Positions 17,146 through 29,600 of a stretch of DNA of 64,000 nt are shown piece after piece (the first letter of the stretch is position 1; every line of letters starts with the position of its first letter). The translations under genes and the position numbers were made by a program. The notes below the pieces were generated by a model, which made no database searches, was not told where the DNA came from, and worked only from the letters and a program-made list of their open reading frames with translations. The DNA comes from an uncultured archaeon (GTDB lineage Archaea > Nanohalarchaeota > Nanosalinia > Nanosalinales > Nanosalinaceae). The stretch covers positions 32,001-96,000 of the forward strand of contig CAYQYU010000001.1 of NCBI GenBank assembly GCA_964421955.1. The letters run 5' to 3'.

Positions 17146-19708
17146 CTACCTCTCCAAGAATCAGGCCAATAAACGACAGCTTGACCGCAGGGGATTCAAG
17201 TTCATAACGCCTGCTAAGGACTGCGTAGGCAACAAGAAGTGCGGTCCAGACAACCGCTATCAGCGGCACTCTCTGCTCCTCGGGTATTAGACCTGGCTCC
17301 GGTATGACAGTTACTTCCATGCGTGAAAACGAATAGGCTCCACGATCTGAGGACGCAACAATAGTGGTGTTACAGGAGGTCGTACGTGAGGCCGAGTCTA
17401 TCTCGAGAGTCAGCGAGTCAGTGCCGTTCACCGGTAGCTCGTCTATCTCCGTTGAGCTCGCAGAACCACAGTCATCGATGTTCTGGACTCTGGCAGATAT
17501 TTCCCTTAGATTCCTGTTACCCGTGTTACGTATGAGTATCGGGACTTCCCGGGAATCATTACGCTGTATGTCGATCGAGTTCGGGGCCTCCTCGATAATC
17601 ATCCGGCGGCTGAAGACCTCTGCTGTAACTTCCACGACAAAGTAGTCAAGATCGAGCTGGTTGCCTCCTGACTCCGCCACTACCGGAACAACGTACTCAT
17701 CTGGCTCGGTACCGTTCGACGGCTGAACGAATATCTCCCGCGTAACACTGGAGTTAACCGACAGGTTCTCGACAAGAGCATTCCTGACATTCCAGTCAGA
17801 CTCCAGCTCCTGTATCTTGGGCAGCAGGGATATGTCTGTTATCGGCACGTTGCCCAGGTTCGTGACCTCGAACTCGGCCGCGACGAACTGGCCCTGACCT
17901 GTCGTATATTTTTCTTCCATCGACTCTATGTCCAGCCTCACCACGGGTTCAGGCTCAGGCTCCGGTTCCGGTTCCGGCTCGGGCTCAGGCTCTGGCGTCT
18001 GCCCGGGATTCGGGTTGTTTCCTGGAAGCGACTGGTTAGCAGTCTCTCCTGGATCGGTCACGTTGGCGGGTACAGTCTGGTTCGAGGTCCTGTTTCCAGT
18101 ATTGTTTGCGCCGCCCGTCTCTCCTACTGCAGTAACGATCTCGAAGTTCCCGAAGAACGAGAACTCCTCGATGAACTCGTAGGAGTAATTGCAGCTAGCG
18201 GTGCTGGGAGATAAACTGCTGCACTTCAGCGAGGTATTCCTTATATCTTTCTCCTCCTCCATCAGCGAATAAGTTGCGTTCGAGCCGTCATCCCCGACAT
18301 CGGTCACGTCGACGGTGTAGTCACTTATCCTGTTGCCCTCATAGGCACACTGGCCTCCCTCATCATTCACGGAACCGGTCTCCGAAAGGCAGGAGTAGTC
18401 GTAATTTGTGGATCCGGTGCCGTTGAAAAGAAAGGCGTCAAAGTTTGTGCCGTTAAGAGTAACCTGAGACTCGTAGGCGGTGCTGCCTCCAACCTGCTCG
18501 GAAACCGACTCGGAAGTAGTATTCGTGAAGTTGACAGAGGCAATCTCCGAGGTCACGAAGCTTGAACTCCCGGTGGATATATTGTAGCAGCCGAAAGTCG
18601 AGTCCGAGGTGTCACCGCAGGCGTATTCTGTCTCCAGGTTCGATTTTTCCTCATTCGAATTATCCTGGCCCTCTGCGGCACACGCCGTTGTCACTCCCGA
18701 TCTTCCTGTGTAGTTACCGACCGGATGGTTCGCCTTGAAGAATTCGAAGTAGGTCACAATTTCTCCAATACCAACATTCGAGAACTGGTCGCCCGGATAG
18801 TTCTGTATAACCGGCCCCTTCGGCTGTCCCTTTGCCCAGGCCGTATCACCCTCAGAGGTAACATTGAGATAGTCTATGGTAATATTCGATTCAACGTTCC
18901 CGGAGTTCGAAAGTATCTCGACGAAAATCCCTGTCTTGTTCTGGACGATTTCACCATCTCCAGGAAGCAGGAAGAAGTTGAGGCTGGTGGAACACGATGG
19001 CGCAACCTTCACAGTTACGTTTGTACCACTAGTGCTCCCGTACGCAAATATGGATCCTGAAGCAGTACCTGTTCGGCCACCCATATCGGATGCGTCCAAG
19101 GTGAACGAGTTCTCGCCCTCCTCTTCTGCGGTGGCATCGACCTCGTAAGTGTAGATATCCCCGGACTGGCTGTCAAAATTCATCGGATAAACAGTTCCTG
19201 AACTGTCCATAGTGAGGTTAACAGAATCTATATCGCCACCTGTATCCGTTATATCCGCAGTCACCTCCGCATTCGAACCCTGGGGCACGACTCCTGGAGG
19301 AGTCTCTATGCTGTAGAAATGCGGGGTGTCCGTGGCGACATGTATCGGCAGTGAAGGAGTCACATAACTTCCATTCTCGGAAACATTAGCTGTCGCGGTC
19401 CAGCCGCCGCCGGCTGGATCCGAACCCAGGGTGTAGTTGTACTCGTAGATCTGGTAACTTCCGTTTAACGATCCCGAGACCAGCGTCATTAGCTGTCCAT
19501 CGACCATTTCGGTACCGTTAGAAGCCGTGAGAGTCAGGCTCGCGTTAGATGAATCGGAGGCGTTGACCTGGAAAGTTACCGCCTCGCCCGACTCAAATAT
19601 GTCCTCAGAGGCACCGTCCAGGTATGAGTCAAAGTTTTCTACAGTCAGGCCCGACACGAGGGAAAGCATCAGGATCGGTATTAGAGCATATAGTAGCTTC
19701 CTAGACAA
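17081..19708 (-). CDS. Secreted multi-Ig (CARDB/NEW3-like) surface protein with (PE)n linker and two C-terminal TM helices
   Basis: TTG start, signal peptide, Ig-like repeats, Cys-rich middle, EVTNLGNVPI and LIRNTGNRNL domains, C-terminal TMs. Confidence 0.85.
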   Translation of the reverse strand: MSRKLLYALIPILMLSLVSGLTVENFDSYLDGASEDIFESGEAVTFQVNASDSSNASLTLTASNGTEMVDGQLMTLVSGSLNGSYQIYEYNYTLGSDPAGGGWTATANVSENGSYVTPSLPIHVATDTPHFYSIETPPGVVPQGSNAEVTADITDTGGDIDSVNLTMDSSGTVYPMNFDSQSGDIYTYEVDATAEEEGENSFTLDASDMGGRTGTASGSIFAYGSTSGTNVTVKVAPSCSTSLNFFLLPGDGEIVQNKTGIFVEILSNSGNVESNITIDYLNVTSEGDTAWAKGQPKGPVIQNYPGDQFSNVGIGEIVTYFEFFKANHPVGNYTGRSGVTTACAAEGQDNSNEEKSNLETEYACGDTSDSTFGCYNISTGSSSFVTSEIASVNFTNTTSESVSEQVGGSTAYESQVTLNGTNFDAFLFNGTGSTNYDYSCLSETGSVNDEGGQCAYEGNRISDYTVDVTDVGDDGSNATYSLMEEEKDIRNTSLKCSSLSPSTASCNYSYEFIEEFSFFGNFEIVTAVGETGGANNTGNRTSNQTVPANVTDPGETANQSLPGNNPNPGQTPEPEPEPEPEPEPEPEPVVRLDIESMEEKYTTGQGQFVAAEFEVTNLGNVPITDISLLPKIQELESDWNVRNALVENLSVNSSVTREIFVQPSNGTEPDEYVVPVVAESGGNQLDLDYFVVEVTAEVFSRRMIIEEAPNSIDIQRNDSREVPILIRNTGNRNLREISARVQNIDDCGSASSTEIDELPVNGTDSLTLEIDSASRTTSCNTTIVASSDRGAYSFSRMEVTVIPEPGLIPEEQRVPLIAVVWTALLVAYAVLSRRYELESPAVKLSFIGLILGEVVILMYSVVTYYGLPVASLLPF
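17944..17995 (-). repeat. Pro-Glu dipeptide repeat (rigid linker)
   Basis: Encodes PEPEPEPEPEPEPEPEP with synonymous codon variation. Confidence 0.9.
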
Positions 19709-20597
19709 AGCCTATCACCCTGAACAGGTATACAGTGGACATCATGAACGCTATCATAAGGATGAAGGTCATGTAGTTGGCGCCTATTGACTGGAAGAAT
19801 TCTCCTGTAGTCCTGCTCGCGGGCTTGCTGCTCTCCTCGGTGCTCTCTTCACCATCTTCGGACCTGACTATATCGTAGTCCTCTGAACTATCCTCCTGAT
19901 CACTATCCTGTTCAACAGTCACATTCTGGTCCTGCCCGGAACTTTCCTGCGAATTCCCACCGAGTAAGCCTCCTGCCGCGCCCTGGAGAGCACTTCCCGC
20001 GCTACTTATTCCCTGCTGTACCGACTGGGTAATTCCTACGGGCTGTGTCTCCGGGTTAAGTGCGGAGTCTGTCGTGGATCTTCCGGACTCTGGAGTCTGG
20101 GGGTTCGTACTCGGGCTCCTCGCCTTCACCGTGAAACGGTAGCTCCGGACCTGTGAAAGCGTCTGGACTATGTCTCCTCCAGAGTTTCCTTCCGCCGGGC
20201 TGGCCTTCATATCGACCCTGAACTCGAAGTCGCTCGTGGATCTCTCCCTGTCTACAAACGCCCTGACCGGGATTTTCCTGACCTTGACGTATCTCTCCCC
20301 GTCAAGCAGGAACCAGTTGCCGTCGCCCGAGGGATTCTCTGTAACTTCCGAGGGTTCGATAACTATCGAGTCATCGTGGACCATCCTTATGCCGCTCCCT
20401 CCTTTTAGCACCGTCGAACTCACCTGGAGTTCAAGCGGCTCGTTACCGAGGTTGAAAACTCCTATCTCGAAGCTGGCGTCGCCGTCCCTGATCGTCTTCG
20501 TATCCTCCGAGGCGAAGCTTCCGAAAGAGGAAGCTGAGACCGACACAGCCAGGACTGTGACCAGCGATAGTAGTACCAGATACTTCCGGAGTTTCAT
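19701..20597 (-). CDS. Secreted single-Ig protein with S/T/Q/E-rich stalk and C-terminal TM anchor
   Basis: Start likely ATG 20597 (ORF extends to 20618), signal peptide …SVSA|SS, GVFNLGNEPL Ig-like domain, TTGEFF then TM helix. Confidence 0.8.
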   Translation of the reverse strand: MKLRKYLVLLSLVTVLAVSVSASSFGSFASEDTKTIRDGDASFEIGVFNLGNEPLELQVSSTVLKGGSGIRMVHDDSIVIEPSEVTENPSGDGNWFLLDGERYVKVRKIPVRAFVDRERSTSDFEFRVDMKASPAEGNSGGDIVQTLSQVRSYRFTVKARSPSTNPQTPESGRSTTDSALNPETQPVGITQSVQQGISSAGSALQGAAGGLLGGNSQESSGQDQNVTVEQDSDQEDSSEDYDIVRSEDGEESTEESSKPASRTTGEFFQSIGANYMTFILMIAFMMSTVYLFRVIGFV

Positions 20598-20604
20598 TCC
20601 TAGT

Positions 20605-23600
20605 TTAATTTGTGGCATTCACCTTTATTGTTATATTCCCTCTATAGAGACCGGCAGCCTTTCCGTACGGTATCTCCTGGAAGTAACACTGGGTAAAGTT
20701 GTCTCCAGAGTCCAGGTAGTTCAGGACCTGGCCGAAGGTCTTGCTGAGCTTCTGGGAGGCCGCGTAGCTGCAGCTCGGCTTCAGACTCCAGGTCGTGTTT
20801 TCAGGTCCGAACCTCCTGTAGCTTGGCGACGGGTTAACTGTGTTGTTGAAACCTGTCGATTTTATCCAGACACCACCGCTCGCATCGTTCGAGTTCTCAT
20901 CGAGCTCCGCGTAGTAGCTGCCGCCCGAGTTGCCTGGAGCGTTCACGACCTGGCCAGGATCGTTCTGCGGGAACTGTATACTGCTGTAATTGACGTTGAA
21001 TATCAGCACGAGGTCGATACCGACCTCCCTGTCCGCGGTGTCGTTCACCTGTGTCTGGCTGCCGTCCATGCTGACGTCAATTGCGTGGAGTGAGTCCTGG
21101 GCTCCTGTCGCATTAACTTCCCAGGTGGTAAAGCAGGTCTCCCCTACCTGGAGATCGCCGGAGCAGCTCTTTGTATTCGAATTAACGGTGTGGAACGGTG
21201 TGCCAGATCCTGACGGTATCGCAGTATCCGCAGAAGTTCCCGAGTCATTGTACCTGAGCGTTGCATCGACCGAGCCACAGTTCTGGTTCTGGCAGTTTAT
21301 CGAGACGTTTGCCGTGAAAGTCCTGTTCTGCGCCACAGTTGTGCTTGAAGGAGGCTCGACCAGCTGTCCGTACAGCTCTCCGTTAGCCTCGGTCAGGAAT
21401 ACCGGTGTCTCCGACTCGTTGTTGTTCGACACGTGATAGTAGAGACTGTCCTGGTCGGTAACGTTACAGCCAGCGTTGTACTGTCCTGTCGCAAATCCTG
21501 TGGTATCCCAGCTCCAGGTCGCGTTTGCCGTTGCAGTGGTCGAGTTGGTTCCCAGCACCCAGGTATCCGTTGCGTTGTACACGAAGAATTCTACCGGGTA
21601 CGATGTGATGTTCTTGCCGCTTTTCGTGTCATATACGCCGCATGCGAAGGTTGGTTCCGATCCCGTGGCGAAGCTCTGGTTGAAAAGAGGCTCGTCGAGC
21701 TTGACCTCCGAGAAGCCGAATACTTCTAGCGTGACATTGTCCTCGCCGTCCGCGAAATTGGTCTTGGTGGCTGTCACATCTATCCTTTCATTACCTGCCT
21801 CTCCTCCTACAGTCCAGGTGGCGTTCTCTCCGGCCGCGATGTCATTTGTTGAATTGCTCCAGGTAACGTTGTCAGGCGTAACCGGATCCGAACCATCGTT
21901 AGTGGTGGAGTTCAGCCAGACCGTGTCGCCCTTGAAGACCTGTGTTCCGTTTGCCGGACTCAGTATCGTGGTGTTCAGTTCTGCGGTTAATGTTATGGTC
22001 TCGGAGGCCGTGGTCTGTTCGGCCTGGTAATGAAGCTCACTGGAGTCGGTAATAACACAGCTCATGTCCTCGTCTCCCGCAGTTTCGGAGCTCGCGTCCC
22101 AGTTGTATATTGCAGCGCCTGTGGAGTTGGTCTCGTTGCTCCCGAGGAATCCTTCCTCATCGTAGAAGTCCACGCTGTAGTTCGCCACGGGGTTGCTGGT
22201 GTCTACGTCGTTGACGCTGCACTGTAGCCGTACCTGTCCGACTCCGACATTTCCTGTCGGTGAGTCCCAGTTGACTCCTGCTCTACCAGTTACATTGAAC
22301 TTCAGGAAGTTGAGGGTGTCGTTCCAGTTGTCGAAGTTGTCGGACGCTTCCAGCTTTGCGAAGTGGGTTCCCACAGTCCATGAGGAGTCAACACCGATGG
22401 TGTAGTTGGTGTAGTTCTCGGGGTAAGGTCCTGGATTGATGAACTCGTTGACTGTCGAGGTCTCGTTGTAGAGCACTGTTGAATTGTCAATGGTTTCATT
22501 CCACTGCGCAAATACCTTGAGGCCGTATTCCTCTCCCCTGACTATCTCTGTATCGTTGAGACCGTAGATTCCGTTCTCAATCTTTGGAGCATCCACGTCC
22601 GCGCCCGGTGAAGCCGTAGTAAGCGTATCGGTGCCGTTCGGAACCGTGGCCCTGTAGTAACGTGTCAGGTTGTCATCAATGCTACAGGTTATGTCTTCGT
22701 CACCCGTTGTAGGATCTGTGAAGCTGAACTGGGCCCATCCGTCGCTCTCGGTCCTGTTAGTGCCCATCAGCCCTGTGGAGTTGTAGAACTCGACCTGGTA
22801 GTTGTCGATTCCCGAGCCGCTGTCCCTGTCGATTACTCTGCACTCCATCGTGGCCTGGTTGTCGACAATTATCGTGTTGTCGACCAGCTCTGCCTCGGAT
22901 ATATTCACTCCTCCCCAGACTTCGATAGTCCTAGTAGGCGTCGTATTGTAGTTATGCGAGGTATCCCTGCCGTACTGCCTCCAGCCATAGACTCCAGGTG
23001 TAAGCGTGGAGGAGAACTGGTAGCTGAAGTTGGCCCAGTCGTTGGTTCCCGAGAGGGATAGCGTCGATTCATTCTGGAACGTTCCTGATGTATTTATAGA
23101 GAGCGTGGAGTCATCTAGCTCGAAGTTGTCGGTCCATCTCGCGAACAGGTTGACTGTATCGGTCTTGTTGACCTCGGACCGGTTCTCTCCGATATCGAAG
23201 AAGTTCGGATGCTCGAATTCAAGCTCCTCGAGCGTGAAGGTCTCCTCGTTGTCTGGATGTGTCTTGTAGTATCTCGCGTTATCCTCAGTAATGTTACAGG
23301 TGAGAGTCTCAACTCCTGGACTGTTGTCCCTGTAGTTCGCGGTCGCCCATCCCGTCGAGTTGGTCTGCTTCGTTGCGATCAGTCCCGACTCGTTGTAGAA
23401 CTTGACGTCGTAGTTGTCGATCGCGTTTCCTACAGTGGTGTCCTCGACGTAGCATCCTACGGTGATCGCGTTTCTTTCCACATTGCTCTCCACCGAAGTC
23501 GAGGGCTCGCTGTCCGCATGCTTCCTGTGGAACAGGAATCCGTTAGGTATCACGCTGTACGAACCGTTCGAAGGCGTATTCCATCCACCACGCCACATGT

Positions 23601-26600
23601 CTCCCCCCGTGGCTTCTTCGTGCCTGTAGTCGTAGCGGTAGAATCCCTGCTGGAGACCTATTGTACCACTGTTCGAGCTTCCCGTGAAGCTTCCCGACGC
23701 TGCGTGGCCCCCGTACCAGTTCGCGACGTTCGTGCCTCCGATGCTAGACTTCCTCGAGGTACCGTTTATGTGTACATCGGAAGCATCGTCTGAATCTGTT
23801 CCGAAGCCGTAAGTTCCTGCCTCTGGCGCCAGTAGCCATCCCTCCAGGTAGGTTAGATAGTTGTCGTCCGCTCCAAACAGATTGCAGTTACCATTTGTCG
23901 CATTATCCTCACAGGTCGGTCTTGGCTGGGCATCCCATCCGTCCCGTCCCGAGTAATCGACTGCGGAGAACAGACTGTCCATACCTGACTCGTCGCCTGC
24001 GTTCGAAGAGTGGCCGTCCTGCCACTGTGTCAGCCAGAGCCCGGAGTCAAGCACCGCCTTGCCGTCGCTTGCATCAGTGGCGTTCGAATTATTGTAGTAG
24101 ACGTAGAGTGTCTCGTTCGAGGAGGCCTCTATCTCGGGAATTCTAACCCATGTATACGCCCATTCACCGTTCCTGCTCATCTTTCTCTCTATCCAGTGGT
24201 CGACCTCTTCCTCGATTCCAGAGGAGTTGACCCAGCTGAACCTCAGGTCTGAGAAGTTGTTCGACATGTTGGGGTTGTAGGAGACGTTCACCGGGACCTG
24301 GTAGTCCGTGAGCGACGAACCGCCTGTGTTGTCCACGGTTATCGGCTTCCTGTATTCCCAGTTCTGGTAGAGGCTAAAGTCTCCGTCCTTGTAGCCGTCG
24401 CTTATCCTTGCCTCACCGAATATACCTACCTTCTTGTACTCGAGGCTTGCGTTGAGATTGTCCTGTAGGTCAGCAGCGTAGAGCTTTGCGAAATGAATAC
24501 CGCGGGCCCAGGCGTTCGTGGTCGAAATCGTGTGGTTAGTCCAGTACTCCGGATTAGGACTTGGAAGGTTTACAGTATCGTTCGAGAGCAGCGGAGTCGT
24601 CGAGTTGTACTCTGCGTCCGCATCTCCTATTGACTCGTCCCATCTCGCAAAGATCTTGAAGCTATTGCCTCTTATGACATCGAGGCTACTGACGTTGTAG
24701 ATACCGTTGAACAGGTTTGGAGGCTCGCTGTCAGGCACCAGTACATCGAATATTGAGTAGTCGTCGCGGATAAACAACGGATCCTCAATATGGAAGTTGA
24801 CCTGTCTGCGGTCGCTCGAGGTTCCTGTGGCATTGAAAATGTAGTAGAACTCGGCGCTTTCTCCAGGATCCACCTTTCCACCGTTCGCCCCGGTATCCCA
24901 CTCGACTGCTCCGGAGGAGAAGGTTCCTCCCTCGAATCTCGTATCCGTCCTGGTCGAGGTGTTGCTGTACCAGATGTTATCAACTGTATCTAAATCCCAT
25001 CCCGGGTTCAGGTCCTCGTGTGTCAGGTTGACATCCGACAGCTGCCATGACGTACCGCTCGACGCCAGGTTCTCGACCTCCACCTCGACGCGGTAGGTCT
25101 CATTATTGAACAGAGTAAATGTGGTGTTCGTACCGCTTCCCATGATATCATCAGTGTATATCCTCTGGTTGGGATTTCCTGTGACGTTGTAGACCGAGAT
25201 CTCAGTGATGTTAACCTGGATTTCCGGTGAGGTAATATTGAACTCGTAGTTGTCCTGGATACTGCCGTCTTTATCGATCAACACGTTGCCCCTTCTGTCA
25301 GTTAATCTTGCGTTGACCCTGTAACGGCCGGCATCGTAGCGATCCGTGTAGAAAGGATCGCTGTTCCAGATGCTGGCAAGGTCTAGCGCCCTGAACTTAT
25401 CAATATTCCTCTCTGTCCCTGTGGCACTATCGTTGACCACTACCTCGAGTTCCTGCCAGCCAGACCCGGTGTATTCCTCGACAGTCATGAGGCTGTAGCC
25501 CCTGAAGTCCGTTCCGTCCCTATTCTTGACCAGCGATCCGTACTGTTTCTGCTCTCCTCCCTTCGAGACTGTCGGGTCAGTCTGCGATGCCTGTCTCATC
25601 TGCTTCCAGCCGAACAGCGAGGTCTCGTCCTCATCTCCTTCCTCGTCGTAGTAAGGCCATACAGGTCTGTCACATTCGACCTCCCAGCCGCCCGTGGTGA
25701 AAGTGTTGCCATTGCCTGTACCGAACTCCACCTTGTAGACTCCATTAGTTCCGGAAGCGGATGTTGTCGCGAAGTTCGAGTCGCTCTCAAACTCACATGT
25801 CGTGTCCTCGTAAGGGGTGGCCGCAACTATGTAAAATGCAGGCAGCGACGAGCCGAACTCGGTGGTCATCTCGCTCTCCGGAGCGAAGGTCGTTGACTCA
25901 GTTCCGGCACTGTCTGCCTGCTGTATCGCGCCGATCGGATTGTCGGTGCTGTTGACCATGTATGCCGGTGCAGTTCCAGTACCCGAGAAAGCGTCAGTAA
26001 ATTCGCTGTCAGCCCCGATTGACTGGCTGCTGGAGGCTCCGTTGCTTCCCCTGAGCTCGATGCTTGCGCCCGATGGTCCTGCCCCCACATAGAGATTGGC
26101 TGATGGAACCCCGTATACAGGATCGGTGGTGGCGTTGTACATCAGGAACGCGTCCTCGCCATCGCTTGAAAGATGCTGGGCGATTACCGGGAGGTCGCTC
26201 GTAACTCTCACAGGGTTACCATCCGTTATATCCTGGTCGACACAGTTTCCTGAAGAGTCCGCGGTTCCTGTCCAGACAGTGCTTCCTCCATCCTCTATAT
26301 CAATATTTGCGGTGCCGTACGGGGAGACGAAGCAGAACCTGTCGGTGCCTCTCATACCTCCGTAGACAAACTCGGTGCCTGACCAAGACGCGGGCGATAT
26401 GACCGTATCGGTGTCACCGGTTCCCTCTGCCTGGACTAAACCTTCGGCGCTGACGTTTGTATCTATGTCGATGCCCGAACTCACCGTCACGGAGTCGGTC
26501 TCGTTCAGTAGGTAGGTGTTCGAGCCAACCTTTACGGTGTTATTGTCCACCATGCTCTGGATCGCAAGGCCGTTCGAGGCCGTGATATTGCTTGTGACGT

Positions 26601-29600
26601 AACCGACTGTCCTCGGTTCCGAGTACGAAAACGTTTCTTCCATGCTGCTGCCGTCCGGCTTCCTGAAATTACCGTAGTACATGAAAAGCTGCTCGGTTGA
26701 CGAGGCAGCCATCCGCGGAACCTGCACCCATACCGACGTAGAGGTGGTGTTGCAGCCTGAATCAACGTAGTGGTCGGCGTGCTGTTGCTCGCCCGCGGTA
26801 GAGTTGTACCATACGAAACGGATGTCCTTGCACGAGGCGTTCATCTTTCCTGACATTATCGGCGCCCGGGTGTCGATCTCGAACTCCACCTGGTACTCGT
26901 TCTTCGCAGTACCCGAGGTCTCGGTCACATTTAATGGTTTCCTGTACATGAACGACCGGTTCCACCAGGTCTGGTTCTCCTGAGTCAGATTCACATCCTT
27001 CTTCGGGCCGTAGGTTTCATTCACAGTCTTCACATCCAGATCGGTGTCAACGAACAATTCGAACGTGTCGGTTGAAGTCTCGAATGTGCTTCCCGAGCCG
27101 TCCTGGGTCCAGATACTGTAATCGTACTCGCCGTACTGCCAGGTCTCCGAGAAGTTGTACTCGTAAACCGTTGTCCCGGTCAGGTTCGCCATGCTGTAGG
27201 CGAACTCGGTGCCGTTAGGAACTGTTACCCTGGCCTCGACCGCGCTAATGCCGTCTGCGTCCGTCACGTTCGCGTTCAGAGTAACGTTGTAGCCGTAGCC
27301 GACAGGATCAGGCGAGTCCTGGACCTGGTTTATCGTCGGCTTCTCTCCTACGTTTACCGACGTGTTGGCATCGCTCGGCCGGGTGTAACTCGAGCTGCTT
27401 CCGCTGTAAGTCGCGTTCAGGTCGTGGTCTCCGAGTACCGCGTCGGAAGGAATCGTGTAGTCAACAGATGCGATGCCTGAACCACCGGTGAGGTCCGAGC
27501 CGAGGTACTCTCCCTCTGTCTCGTCCCAGAACGTGATGTTCTGTCCCTCGAGAGCAGTGCCGTTGTCGTAGTCGAGGTCGGCTTCAAGCGTTATCGTGGT
27601 TCCCCTGTCCGGCGTTGGATCGCTCGATGACAGGCCCATACTGGTGTTCGCGTAGACGTCAACCGTCACGCTGTCCTCGTCCACCCTGCCCTGATCGTTG
27701 GTGGTGTTGATGATGACTCCCTGCGGACCGAGTCGGGCCTGGCTGTCCGCGAAAGCAGTGAAGTTGACATAGATAAGCTCCCCTGTCTGCTGGACCGGCT
27801 CCAGCTTCGTGAGGTTGCCGGATCTGTTTGACCATCTTTCCGGCAGCCACCATGTGACCTCCGTGTTCGTCAGGTCTCCGCTGAAGGTGTTATTCGCGTA
27901 AGCCGTAAAGTTGTAGCTTCCGTTGACATCTCTGGTAATATTGTCCGGGTATTCAAGCACCTTCAGCAGCGCACCAGGAATACGGACGCTGAGTTCCCTG
28001 TTTCCGACCTGGTCCCAGACCCTTCTCTCCCCGGGGTTGATGTACTCCAGCGTGACGTTTATGCCGTAGTCTCCCGTAGCCGTCGACGAGTTGGTGGTCA
28101 GGTTGAACTCGACGGTCTCGTTCGAATCTGATGAGACGCTCCCGAGGTTGGCGGTGCCGTCTGATCCTCCAACCTCCTCACAGTAGACCTCGTCGCCGCA
28201 GTTGACCGTTACGTTGACATCGTCGATCGAGCTGCTCCACGGGTTGCTGAATGTGAAGTTGTATATCCTTGATTCGTTCACGAGTATCCTGTTATTCGAG
28301 TCGTTTATCGATGACGAGAACGTCTCCGGGACGTTGTGAATCGTGAAGTTGAACGTGTCGTTGAACCTTGTCATACCGTTCTTCGTCATCATCGTGACGT
28401 TCCAGAGAAACTCAAAGCTGCCAGAGGATGCGGACTCCGGAATCACGTAGCCGTTACTGGCGTTGTTCCACTGCTTCTCGCATGTTGAACCGTTCGGTAT
28501 GTCGCCACAGAGCTTCGTCGAGTTGGGCCCCCAGGAAACGTCAGTGCCGGAACCGTCATGTACGTCCATTGTAATGTTGGCATCGAGCGCCGTATTGTTT
28601 ATAGCGGTCGCTGTCGCATTAACCCAGTCAATTCTGTCACCAACCTCGTACTCATTTACTGCGTTATCGTACTCGTTCTCGTGGTCCAGCTCGGTAAGTT
28701 CCAGCGTGACATTGATGATATCAAAGTTGTCGGTGTCCCTGATCATTCCAGTGAAGCTGGTCAGAGTGTTCCCCGAGGGAGACTCCATCCTTCCGAGTAC
28801 CCTGTAGGTCCCCGGCTCGTATTCATCAGTGTTCCAGCCGCCGTTGGCTTCCCAGATCGCGGATACGTTCAGCTTGTCGCCCGCGGGAACCGTCCTCAAT
28901 GTGTCAGAGGCCCTGTCGTTCACCCCCGGCGGCAGGATGTTGTCCCAGCCACTCTCGGTTTCCTGCTGTACCACCATGAAAAGGTATCCCTTGAAACCGC
29001 CGTCACCGAGGTTGGCTATTCCTGTGTAACGGTCCTGCTCCTCCCCGTACCCTACTTCATAGCTTATGGAGGAATCTCCGGCGTTGGCCTCTTTGGCAAA
29101 CCATCCGACGTCCTCCGCGTTGTGGATATCGCAGCTGTCACCCGAGTTGTGCTCACAGTATCTTATGTCCATACCTCCGAGGTTTATGTTCCGGGCCATG
29201 GTCGGTTTCGACTGCTCCGTGCCGTCGTTGGTCTGGACGGTCGCGAAGACCGAAGGAACGGACGAGTAGCTGTCTGTGAATGTCTCGGGAGTCCATGAGC
29301 TATCCTCTATTCCTGTCGTGGTTCCGACCTCACCCTCGAAAGGAAGATTTCCTGGTTCCAGTGCGATCCAGCCAACTTTCGTCGCACCAACGCTGTTGCA
29401 GCCGTCCGCTCCATCATGCTGGCAGAGGTAGATATCCGAGGTCGAAGTACCTACGTTTACCGCCTGGGCAATTCTCGGAGTCGTCGAGGAGTCGTTCTGT
29501 GCCTGTGCCAGAAGGACCGGTGTCGAGGACAGCGACTGGTTGTAGCTGACGGTCAGCGCGCTCCCGACGTCCCCACCTGAGAGCTCCGCGACACCTGTAT